Part shown: positions 30,794 to 38,621 of the stretch, in pieces
Layout: each line of letters opens with the position of its first letter
How positions within the stretch are numbered: the stretch's first letter is position 1
From: Akkermansiaceae bacterium
GTDB lineage: Bacteria > Verrucomicrobiota > Verrucomicrobiia > Verrucomicrobiales > Akkermansiaceae
Reading direction: 5' to 3'
NCBI GenBank assembly: GCA_051251915.1
Contig: JBPOGF010000001.1
Coordinates: 96,001-160,000, forward strand
DNA length: 64,000 bases
The notes under the pieces: model-generated
Databases searched by the model: none
Seen by the model: the letters and a program-made list of their open reading frames with translations, nothing else
What the model was told of the DNA's origin: nothing
Position numbers and translations under genes: made by a program

Positions 30794-30969
30794 CTGGTAT
30801 TGATGTGGATTATTTACAAGTTCATCATGCTTGTTGTGCAGTCTCTAGACTGTAATGTAGCTCTGAAATATGAATTGATTGGAGCTCATTGTATTTACAG
30901 GAAAATATTTATATTGCAGGGTTTTTAATTTGCTACTGGTGTGGCTATATATAGGAACAGGTTATTAAT

Positions 30970-32835
30970 ATGAAGAGGTTGCATCAATTAAGAATATTCA
31001 AATTCATCTTGGCGGCATGCCTACTGTTTGCCACTAGTATTTCCATTTATGCTGCTGGGGCAGAGGGTTTAAAACCTGTCGTATTGCAGCTGAAGTGGAG
31101 TCATCAGTTTCAGTTTGCTGGCTACTACATGGCGAAGGAGCTGGGTTACTACAAGGATGAAGGGTTTGATGTTGAGATAAGAGCTGGAGGACCTACCTTA
31201 GATGTTACCGAGGAGGTAGTTTCTGGTAGAGCTGATTTTGGTGTGGGGACTAGTAGTTTATTACTGGATTATGCAGAAAGTAAGCCTGTCGTAGTGTTGG
31301 GTGTGATTTACCAGCATTCGCCGATCGTGCTTATCATGTCAAATGACAAACCCTCAGATACAATAGAGAAAATTTCCAATTCGAAAGTGATGCTCGAAGC
31401 TCATTCTGGGGACCTTATAGCGATGATGAGGCGAGCTGGGCTAACTATAGATGATTTAAATATTACTGAACGCCCCAATGATGCTCTTAGCCAGCTAGAG
31501 TATAGTGATGAAACGGTTGCCATATCAGCATACCAAACTGATGAGCCATATACTTTGTTAAAAAAGGGAGTCTCGTTTAGCACATTCACCCCACAAACTT
31601 ATGGCATTGATTTTTATGGAGATAATTTTTTCACTTCTAAGTCACTAGTGGAGGAAGATCGTGAAACAGCAATGGGTTTCCGTAGGGCGTCGCTACGAGG
31701 ATGGGAGGAAGCAATGAAAAATCCTGAGAAAGCTGTTGATCTTATTTTAAAGCATTATCCAGCCATTAACAATAGGGAGAAGCTGATGTATGAGGCTCGT
31801 GTTACTCAGGATCTGATGACTAATTTAGTTAAGCCTGGACACATGAATCAGGAGCGATGGAACCATGTGAAAAATACATATATAGAGGTAGGGATGCTGA
31901 ATAAAGACCTAGATATGGATGGATTCATTTTTGTGGAAGATGAAGACTTCCTACCAGAATGGTTCTGGACAGCATTGATGATAACAGGAGCGATTATCAC
32001 CATGCTTAGCATACTAGTCATTTATTTTAGGAGACTTAATGTCAGATTAAAAGAAGAGATAAAGTTACGATCAGATGTGGAGCAGCATTTGACAGTGGTG
32101 AACTGCGATCTCATCGTTGCGAAGCAAGAAAGTGAGGAGGCTAATCAGCACAAGACGTGGTTCATTACGAATGTCAGTCATGATCTCAAGGCTCCTATCA
32201 GCTCTATGGTTAGTTTGACTCAGATATTCAACCACCATAGTGAGAAGTTAGAATTACCTGATAAATTTAATCGATTTTTGAAACAACTTAACTCAGGTGG
32301 TGAGTTTCTGATGCTGATGTTAGATAATATATTAGACCACTCAGCATTTGAGATGAATGCGATCAGTATCAATCCAGAGAGAGTAAATTTAGAGGAATGC
32401 TGTCGTAGTGTTATTAATCTCTTGCAGCCATTGGCTGACGAGAAGGATGTAGAGCTCAAGTTATTATGGAGTGGAAAGAGCAACAACTTTGCGATAGATA
32501 GGACGAGATTATCACAGATATTTCTTAATTTATTACATAATGCGATTAAGTTCTCTCCTAAGAATGGGATAGTTACCTTAGAAATAGAAATAGAAGGGAG
32601 TAAGTTAGGCGCCAAAATTTCTGACGAAGGACCTGGAATACCAGCACATAGGGAGAAGGATCTATTTAGTATGTTTGGTCAGTCAGATAAAAAAGGCACT
32701 AAGAGGTCTTCTACAGGGCTAGGGCTATCCATAGTGAAGCGCAATGTTGATCTACTCGATGGAGAAATCATCATGAATAGAACCAGATTTGGAGGAACCC
32801 AATTCATCATATTAATTCCAATGATCGAAGACTAG
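30970..32835 (+). CDS. Sensor histidine kinase with periplasmic NMT1/THI5-like (SsuA-type) binding domain
   Basis: Signal peptide, LQLKWSHQFQFAGYYMAKELGYY, DFYGDNFFTS, a TM, H-box SHDLKAP, NAIKFS, DEGPGI and TGLGL. Confidence 0.9.
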   Translation: MKRLHQLRIFKFILAACLLFATSISIYAAGAEGLKPVVLQLKWSHQFQFAGYYMAKELGYYKDEGFDVEIRAGGPTLDVTEEVVSGRADFGVGTSSLLLDYAESKPVVVLGVIYQHSPIVLIMSNDKPSDTIEKISNSKVMLEAHSGDLIAMMRRAGLTIDDLNITERPNDALSQLEYSDETVAISAYQTDEPYTLLKKGVSFSTFTPQTYGIDFYGDNFFTSKSLVEEDRETAMGFRRASLRGWEEAMKNPEKAVDLILKHYPAINNREKLMYEARVTQDLMTNLVKPGHMNQERWNHVKNTYIEVGMLNKDLDMDGFIFVEDEDFLPEWFWTALMITGAIITMLSILVIYFRRLNVRLKEEIKLRSDVEQHLTVVNCDLIVAKQESEEANQHKTWFITNVSHDLKAPISSMVSLTQIFNHHSEKLELPDKFNRFLKQLNSGGEFLMLMLDNILDHSAFEMNAISINPERVNLEECCRSVINLLQPLADEKDVELKLLWSGKSNNFAIDRTRLSQIFLNLLHNAIKFSPKNGIVTLEIEIEGSKLGAKISDEGPGIPAHREKDLFSMFGQSDKKGTKRSSTGLGLSIVKRNVDLLDGEIIMNRTRFGGTQFIILIPMIED

Positions 32836-32850
32836 TAGAGTGGCTCAATG

Positions 32851-32882
32851 CAAATTTGCAGTGATTTTTTAACAATTCGCAG
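32851..32882 (+). promoter_or_regulatory. LytTR-type direct-repeat site A (degenerate) upstream of the response regulator
   Basis: CAAATTTGCAG-N10-ACAATTCGCAG, 21-bp period, ending about 80 nt before ATG 32964. Confidence 0.6.
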
Positions 32883-32963
32883 AGAGTTTCTTTCATTTGG
32901 TCAGTGAGCATCCCAAGATGTGACTGTTATCAGAACGAACCTGACAAAGCTGATTTTTGAACT

Positions 32964-33686
32964 ATGACTGTACTTATTATTGAGGATAACGAGATAGAGA
33001 TGGAAAATCTTATCACTCTACTAGGATCTGTTGCGGATTATCAAATAGTAGGAGGGGCGGATACAATAAAAGAAGGAGCCTCTTTAGCTAATAAACTGAG
33101 ACCAGATATCATCTTTTTGGACATTCAACTGGAGTGTGAGAATAGCTTGGAGCACTTAGACCTTTTGGATTATCATCCAACTATTATTTGTTCTACGCTT
33201 TTTACTGATCACGCTTTACAAGCTTTTGAAGTGGGGGTGACTGACTATCTGACGAAGCCCATCACACGTGAAAAGCTTGATCGAGCACTTAATCGACTAC
33301 CTAAAAAAGGATCGCAATCCAAAGAAATTGAGCTGGATAAACAAAGTGATGGTATGGGAACCTTACTGTTAAGAAATGGCACTAAAACTGAGAAAGTCTG
33401 CATAGAGAGCATCATCTTAGTGACTGCAGATAGAGACTATAGCACAGTTAGAGATGAAAAAAAATCTCTTTTTACTAGCTCAAGACGGATGCGCGAATGG
33501 GGAGAAATCCTGCCATCTAAGCACTTTGTCACCCTGGATCGTTCCACGATCGTTAACAAAAAGCATATTACATCCTACACCCGGCTAGGAGCTAAGCGTG
33601 TTGCTAAAGTGACCTTCATCAACGGTGAAACGCACAAGATCGGCTCTACAGCGCTTCGTCGCCTGAAAGCAGCTATTGAGGTCTAG
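32964..33686 (+). CDS. LytTR-family DNA-binding response regulator
   Basis: REC domain (IIEDNE, FLDIQL, DYLTKP) plus LytTR domain (DYSTV, LPSKHFVTLDRSTIVN). Confidence 0.93.
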   Translation: MTVLIIEDNEIEMENLITLLGSVADYQIVGGADTIKEGASLANKLRPDIIFLDIQLECENSLEHLDLLDYHPTIICSTLFTDHALQAFEVGVTDYLTKPITREKLDRALNRLPKKGSQSKEIELDKQSDGMGTLLLRNGTKTEKVCIESIILVTADRDYSTVRDEKKSLFTSSRRMREWGEILPSKHFVTLDRSTIVNKKHITSYTRLGAKRVAKVTFINGETHKIGSTALRRLKAAIEV

Positions 33687-33720
33687 CTTCAGCCTTGCCT
33701 GAGTCAGAAGATTAGAATGA

Positions 33721-33752
33721 ACGATTCGCAGCCTTTTAAGTGCGATTCGCAG
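33721..33752 (+). promoter_or_regulatory. LytTR-type direct-repeat site B
   Basis: ACGATTCGCAG-N10-GCGATTCGCAG, 21-bp period, T-rich spacer. Confidence 0.8.
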
Positions 33753-33845
33753 AAACTTGCTTCATTTAGATAAGGTTTCCTGACATTCAGAGCCCATGAG
33801 GGTTACTTAGTGCCTAGACAACACATTATCCAGACTAACTAAAAT

Positions 33846-33941
33846 ATGATTTTCTCGACCAATAGAAAACAGTGTTCACTCAGTTGGCAGGTGGTTTTTC
33901 TACCTTCAGTGAATATTATGCGGCGGACACAGGTGACGTGA
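33846..33941 (+). CDS. Possible 31-aa sORF MIFSTNRKQCSLSWQVVFLPSVNIMRRTQVT
   Basis: AACTAAAATATG start context like other genes here (e.g. 54103); about 94 nt downstream of site B. Confidence 0.3.
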   Translation: MIFSTNRKQCSLSWQVVFLPSVNIMRRTQVT

Positions 33942-34055
33942 ATAGCTAACGGCAGAGTGAGACAGAATCAATCGCACTGGTGTCATATAAAAAGTGAAGC
34001 TACGCCATCTTGTTCTTATCGGCTTTATCTAAATTTCCCTCCTGGACATAACGCT

Positions 34056-34090
34056 AACGTTCCTAGACTTGATTCGTCTAGGAGCGTTTT
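34056..34090 (+). terminator. Probable intrinsic terminator
   Basis: AACGTTCCTAGAC-ttgattc-GTCTAGGAGCGTT, followed by a short T run. Confidence 0.6.
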
Positions 34091-34365
34091 GTCTTAGAGG
34101 ATATTTCTAATTAAAAAATCTAGTAGAGAGAATAGCTCAAGGGAGCCTCTGGCAACTTCCGACACTGCAGTTATAGTAAATTGGGCGTGAATTAGAATGC
34201 GTTGCTTATTCTATAGTAAAGAACCCCTTCGAGTTTGAGAGTAAGCTTGCGTATAGCTTCGCTCCATTTTTATTAGGGATATATCTCGGATGAAAACGCG
34301 TCTTGCTCTACTTGATTTACTCTCGCGCATCAGGATCGCTAGTTGACCTAAGCTCCTTCAGAACT

Positions 34366-34429
34366 ACGACTCGCAGTCCTTTTTACGCGATTCGCAGAAT
34401 CTTGTTTTACTTATTTAATTAAATATGAT
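34366..34429 (+). promoter_or_regulatory. LytTR-type direct-repeat site C with adjacent sigma70-like promoter
   Basis: ACGACTCGCAG-N10-GCGATTCGCAG (34366-34397), then TTGTTT-16-TATGAT (34402-34429). Confidence 0.8.
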
Positions 34430-34485
34430 TATTAAGCATTCCAGTTAACTGTCGTTTCAATATAAGTAACTAAGCCAAATAAAAT

Positions 34486-34587
34486 ATGAAGTTATCACTA
34501 CACGAGAAAAAGGGGGCATTTATAGCCATACTCAGCACACTAGCTATCACAGCTCTAGCTCTCATCACACACTTGATGTTTCATTGA
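34486..34587 (+). CDS. Unannotated 33-aa single-TM peptide MKLSLHEKKGAFIAILSTLAITALALITHLMFH
   Basis: AAATAAAATATG start context, basic N-terminus then a ~20-aa hydrophobic helix; about 89 nt downstream of site C. Confidence 0.65.
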   Translation: MKLSLHEKKGAFIAILSTLAITALALITHLMFH

Positions 34588-34785
34588 TTTTTGCTGGAAA
34601 CTGAGGAACGGGGAAGACCTCACCTTGAAATTAGCCAAAGAGCAAGGGTTAGGCAGAGGAGTTCAGTTAGTATACGAAATGGGTGTGTTAAACTATGCGT
34701 AACTCTCGGTATAGATTCGGGCAGGTGGGAGTGATATAAAATCGGGTGGTTTTTACCATTGGCGTGGGGGTAAGTTTTCTACAGG

Positions 34786-37239
34786 ATGTGGGTAATGACA
34801 GAATGGCTAGCATTAGGGATCTCCTCGGGAGTTGTGGGTGGTGTGTATACGTATTATAAGTATTATCGTGGGCAGAAGGAGTTGACGGCGGGGTATCTGA
34901 AGGCTGCTAAGAAGGAGAAGCGGGTGTTGAATGCTGGTATGGATGAGTTGATTAAGATCAAGGATAAGGCGTTGATGTTGGTGGGGTCATTTGGTGGGGA
35001 AGATAGGAGTTATGCGGGGAGAACTTTGGAGATGGCTTTGAAGGTTCATGGGCTGATGGAAGAGAATTTCCGGAGGTCTGCGGAGTTGGTGGAGAGGGTT
35101 GAGGAGGTGGAAGGGATTATTGCTAAGGATGGGGATAAGGTATTGTCTAAGGCTGATGCGGAGAAGGTGGAGTGGATTTGTAATGCTCAGTCATCTAGGT
35201 ATCAGCGATTTGATAAGATTAAGGTTTTGGGCGTTGAGGATAGGGCTGAGTTGAAAACGGGGTTGGAGTATTTAGAGAAGGTGTTAGAGACTTTGTGGGT
35301 GGAGTTAGACGAGCAAGATAAGCGGTTTAAGGAGATCTTGTTGCGGCAGATAGAGCTGACGAAAAGGAGTAGGTCTGGGAGGTTTCAGCTTAAGGGGTTG
35401 AGTAGGGCTTGGGCGAGTGAGACTGAGGTTATGTTAGATAATGCGTTTTCTATAAGTAAGAGTGATCCTGTTAGAGTGGAGCAGAGTTTGCTGGTGCATA
35501 TGAAGCAGAGATTTGATAAGGCTGAGGCTGCGCTTGATGTGGCTGAGAAGTTGATACGAATCGAGACTAGGGAGGTGAAAGATCTGAGGGCGAGAATGGA
35601 TGCTGAAAATTTAGAGGAACTCTGGGTGGATGATGAGCTAGATGAGATGGACGGAGGGTTGAGAGATTTGGTGGGGTATTCTGATTCGGTGGAGGAGATA
35701 GAGCGATTGATAGGTTGTGGTGGATTTAAGAAGCGGCTGAATGAAATGGATTTTCTGATGAAGAAGTATGAAGCGCACCATAGGCATCTAGATGAGAAGT
35801 TTGATAGGTCATTAAGTAAAGTGAGGAGGCAGATTGCGGGGCATTTAGGGGTGGATGAGGAGAGTGTGTTGCGTGATTCTGATGAGTTGAACCACTGTAA
35901 GCTAGAGGCGCGGGAGGTGTTATCTGAGTTGGGGGTTGCCATTGCTAAAGGGAAGGTGGAACGCTCACGAGGACTGCATGATTTGATGAAGGATAAGCTG
36001 GCGGCTGCTCATGAGGCTTTGGCTACGGCTAGACGATCAGCGATAGACGGTGAGGAAAGGTTGGAGGTGTTGAGAGCTGGTCTGGAGCATGTTGGGAAGG
36101 CTTTAAGCCAAGCTATGGATAAGCATTGGACGTTGTTGGCTTCTGTAAGTGATGAGGTTTTTGATGAGGAATATCTTGATGTGGTGAAGGGGGCTGAGTT
36201 GCAGCTTAGTGTTCTGGATGCTCAGTTGGACTTGATAGAGCGGTATAGGACTGAAGGGAAATTTATTGTGACGGAGAAGATCATGAACTCGGCTGAGGTT
36301 ACGCTTGATGAGCTTAATCAAATTCCTGATCGGGTGGCGGATTCTCAGAGTGAGGTGCGAAAGATAGAGCGCAACATTGCGAAAATGTTAGAGAAAGTGG
36401 ATGTGGGGATGAATGATCTTTTGTTTAAAAAAGGTGACTCTTATTTATGTAAAGATACGAGGGCTATGATAGATAGCCTCATAGGGTCATATGCGTCTAT
36501 GTTGGAATTAAACAAAGCAGCTGGGAAGGGGCGAGATGTGCTGGGGATCATGGAGGGATGTCACCAGTTAGATGATATGTTAGAGATGGTAGGGATAGGG
36601 GTCGAGTCTGATGTGGCTATGTTTCTCGTTTTAAAGCAAAAGGTGAAGCTGATTGATGAGCTGGTGGAAGAGTCTAGATCGAACGCGAATAAGGCGGCGA
36701 CTGATGGTATTCCGGATAGTGAGCTGACGACTCAGATGCTGGAGAAGGTGGAATTTCTGACAGGGAGATGGCCTAAGTTGAAATCTAGGATGGAGGGGCA
36801 CCAGTTGGAGTGGCGGGAGGTAAGGTTTGATTTTGATGTATTTCTTCAGGGCTTGGAGGTGGTGAATTTGCAGTTGGAGGATGAGTTGGAGTATGCGCAG
36901 TTGACGTTGGATACATTGGAAGAGGCTTCTAGTGCCTTGAGTAAACTTTCTGCTTGGCAAGGGGAGCGGGGATATAGGGCTGAGACGCGGAGGGCGAATC
37001 AGATATTGCATCAGGCATTTCTAAAATTAGCAGATGGGAAATACCATGGAGCTGTTCAATTAGCGCAAGAGACACGTGATGAGATGAGGGATTCTCTGCA
37101 TCAGGCGCGGACGAAGGAACGGGTGGCTGAGTTGAGGAATGCGAGGATTCAGAGCCTGGTTATTGGGTCCGAGCGGGCTGGGGTGCATCGTTTGATGGAG
37201 CCTAATCCTATCGAAGCTAGAAGAGGAGTGGAGTTCTAG
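34786..37239 (+). CDS. Membrane-anchored long coiled-coil hypothetical protein
   Basis: N-terminal TM followed by about 780 aa of E/L/K/R-rich helical sequence. Confidence 0.75.
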   Translation: MWVMTEWLALGISSGVVGGVYTYYKYYRGQKELTAGYLKAAKKEKRVLNAGMDELIKIKDKALMLVGSFGGEDRSYAGRTLEMALKVHGLMEENFRRSAELVERVEEVEGIIAKDGDKVLSKADAEKVEWICNAQSSRYQRFDKIKVLGVEDRAELKTGLEYLEKVLETLWVELDEQDKRFKEILLRQIELTKRSRSGRFQLKGLSRAWASETEVMLDNAFSISKSDPVRVEQSLLVHMKQRFDKAEAALDVAEKLIRIETREVKDLRARMDAENLEELWVDDELDEMDGGLRDLVGYSDSVEEIERLIGCGGFKKRLNEMDFLMKKYEAHHRHLDEKFDRSLSKVRRQIAGHLGVDEESVLRDSDELNHCKLEAREVLSELGVAIAKGKVERSRGLHDLMKDKLAAAHEALATARRSAIDGEERLEVLRAGLEHVGKALSQAMDKHWTLLASVSDEVFDEEYLDVVKGAELQLSVLDAQLDLIERYRTEGKFIVTEKIMNSAEVTLDELNQIPDRVADSQSEVRKIERNIAKMLEKVDVGMNDLLFKKGDSYLCKDTRAMIDSLIGSYASMLELNKAAGKGRDVLGIMEGCHQLDDMLEMVGIGVESDVAMFLVLKQKVKLIDELVEESRSNANKAATDGIPDSELTTQMLEKVEFLTGRWPKLKSRMEGHQLEWREVRFDFDVFLQGLEVVNLQLEDELEYAQLTLDTLEEASSALSKLSAWQGERGYRAETRRANQILHQAFLKLADGKYHGAVQLAQETRDEMRDSLHQARTKERVAELRNARIQSLVIGSERAGVHRLMEPNPIEARRGVEF

Positions 37240-37246
37240 ACAACAA

Positions 37247-37276
37247 AATGCCCAGAGAGCTGGCTCTCTGGGCATT
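37247..37276. terminator. Hairpin terminator between convergent genes
   Basis: AATGCCCAGAGAGC-tg-GCTCTCTGGGCATT perfect inverted repeat. Confidence 0.85.
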
Positions 37277-37324
37277 CTATGTCACTGCCTCCGCAGTTTT
37301 ACTTATCCAATGAAAAAGTGGTTG

Positions 37325-38245
37325 TTACTTGTTAGGAATGAAGAGCTCTGATCCTGCTGCCATTGGCTCGTCAGCAGGTAGGTCAAGTCCGTTTAGTGTG
37401 TTGAGAACTGAAATGGTAGTTCCGTGTTGCTTAGCGAACGCGCCGTATGTCATCTCGTGACTTACTGGCACCGTGCGAGCTACTTTACCTGATTGCTCCA
37501 CGTATGACTCGGTCTTTTCAGGAGCAGGTGTTGCTTTTGGTTTAGGAGAAGACTTAACTGCTGCTTTCGTGTCAGCCTTAGGGAGTGGTTTATAAGCTGC
37601 ACTTGAGCTTCTCTTAGGTTGAGCTGCTTTGCTTGCTAGCGTGGCACTCTTAGTAAGTCTGACAGTCTGGCCAATTTTCAGCTTCTTAGGGTTTACGCTT
37701 GGGTTCGCTGCTGAGAGTTCAGATAGGGAAATGTTATGAGTTTGAGCGATTTTGTAGAATGTGTCGCCTTTGTTCACTTTGTAAGTTGAGCCGTGACTTA
37801 CGGTGCTGGCTCTCTTTGCAGTTTGTGTTTTTACCTTAGGAGTAGAAGCTGTTGCTGTGGTGTTTACTTGGGGAATGACTAGCTTTTGACCGATAGCGAT
37901 ATTTGATGGCTTTACCTTAGGGTTGGCGTTGATGAGTGAGCTAACACTCACTCCGTATTTTCTAGAAACGCTGCTGAATGTCTCACCAGATTTTACTGTG
38001 TGAGATGCGGCTGATGGAGTAGAGACGCTGACTAGTGTGGTCGTAGGTGCGAGAGCTACTTTGCCGTTTTTACGGCGCTCTAGATTAAGAAGTGATCTTA
38101 GTGACGATACTTCAGTTTTAAGTTCTTGAATCTGGCGTTCCTGCTCACCGATGAGAGAGGTCAGTGTGCCTGTCGTTGTTTGAGCCGTTACAGAGCCAAT
38201 TAGGGGCGCTGTGAAAAGGGCTGTTGAGATAAGTAATGTTTTCAT
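37325..38245 (-). CDS. LysM peptidoglycan-binding protein (two clear LysM domains plus one degenerate)
   Basis: Signal peptide; HTVKSGETFSSVSRKYGVSV..L..ANP and YKVNKGDTFYKIA..ANP. Confidence 0.9.
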   Translation of the reverse strand: MKTLLISTALFTAPLIGSVTAQTTTGTLTSLIGEQERQIQELKTEVSSLRSLLNLERRKNGKVALAPTTTLVSVSTPSAASHTVKSGETFSSVSRKYGVSVSSLINANPKVKPSNIAIGQKLVIPQVNTTATASTPKVKTQTAKRASTVSHGSTYKVNKGDTFYKIAQTHNISLSELSAANPSVNPKKLKIGQTVRLTKSATLASKAAQPKRSSSAAYKPLPKADTKAAVKSSPKPKATPAPEKTESYVEQSGKVARTVPVSHEMTYGAFAKQHGTTISVLNTLNGLDLPADEPMAAGSELFIPNK

Positions 38246-38365
38246 AACGTTGGTTAATTTAATTTACGAATTTTGGTTTGTAAAGATATAAATTCAATGT
38301 TTCCTAATATTTTTTAGAATTTTCCCGAATTCTGTTAAATGGGATAAGAAATTGAGAGATTATTT

Positions 38366-38397
38366 GTCTTTTGTTAAGTCTTTTGTTAAGTCTTTTG
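38366..38397. repeat. 12-bp tandem repeat GTCTTTTGTTAA x2.7 in the divergent lysM/thrS intergenic region
   Basis: gtcttttgttaa-gtcttttgttaa-gtcttttg read directly from the sequence. Confidence 0.85.
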
Positions 38398-38621
38398 GAT
38401 GTCAACTGATGGTTATTTATTCATTTGATTTATCAGAAATTATAAAAATATATTAGCAAGATGATGATTTTTCGTGGCTGGCATGAGATCACTTTCATCT
38501 AAGTAGGTTTCGTTGTTGGAGATTTTGAGCTTTAGGAGGAGGCATGGAGGCGGGTGGAATTCGTCGTTGACGTTTCTTTTTCATTGCAAATTAGGGGGCG
38601 GAGTGGTTTTTAGGCGGTGAC

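Larger units (their letters stand above)
33790..34090 (+). ncRNA. Candidate LytTR-activated small RNA (may carry a 31-codon sORF); 5' end approximate
   Basis: Bounded by repeat site B and the terminator at 34056-34090; no long ORF; TTCCCTCCT tract at 34035-34043. Confidence 0.4.

Noticed and set aside
34091..34365. Short ORFs MKTRLALLDLLSRIRIAS (+) and a 39-aa minus-strand ORF
   Set aside because: No promoter or repeat site in front of them; lengths are consistent with chance
32851..34397. Repeats considered as a CRISPR array
   Set aside because: Units are 11 bp, occur only in pairs with 10-nt spacers, and no cas genes are present; they fit transcription-factor sites
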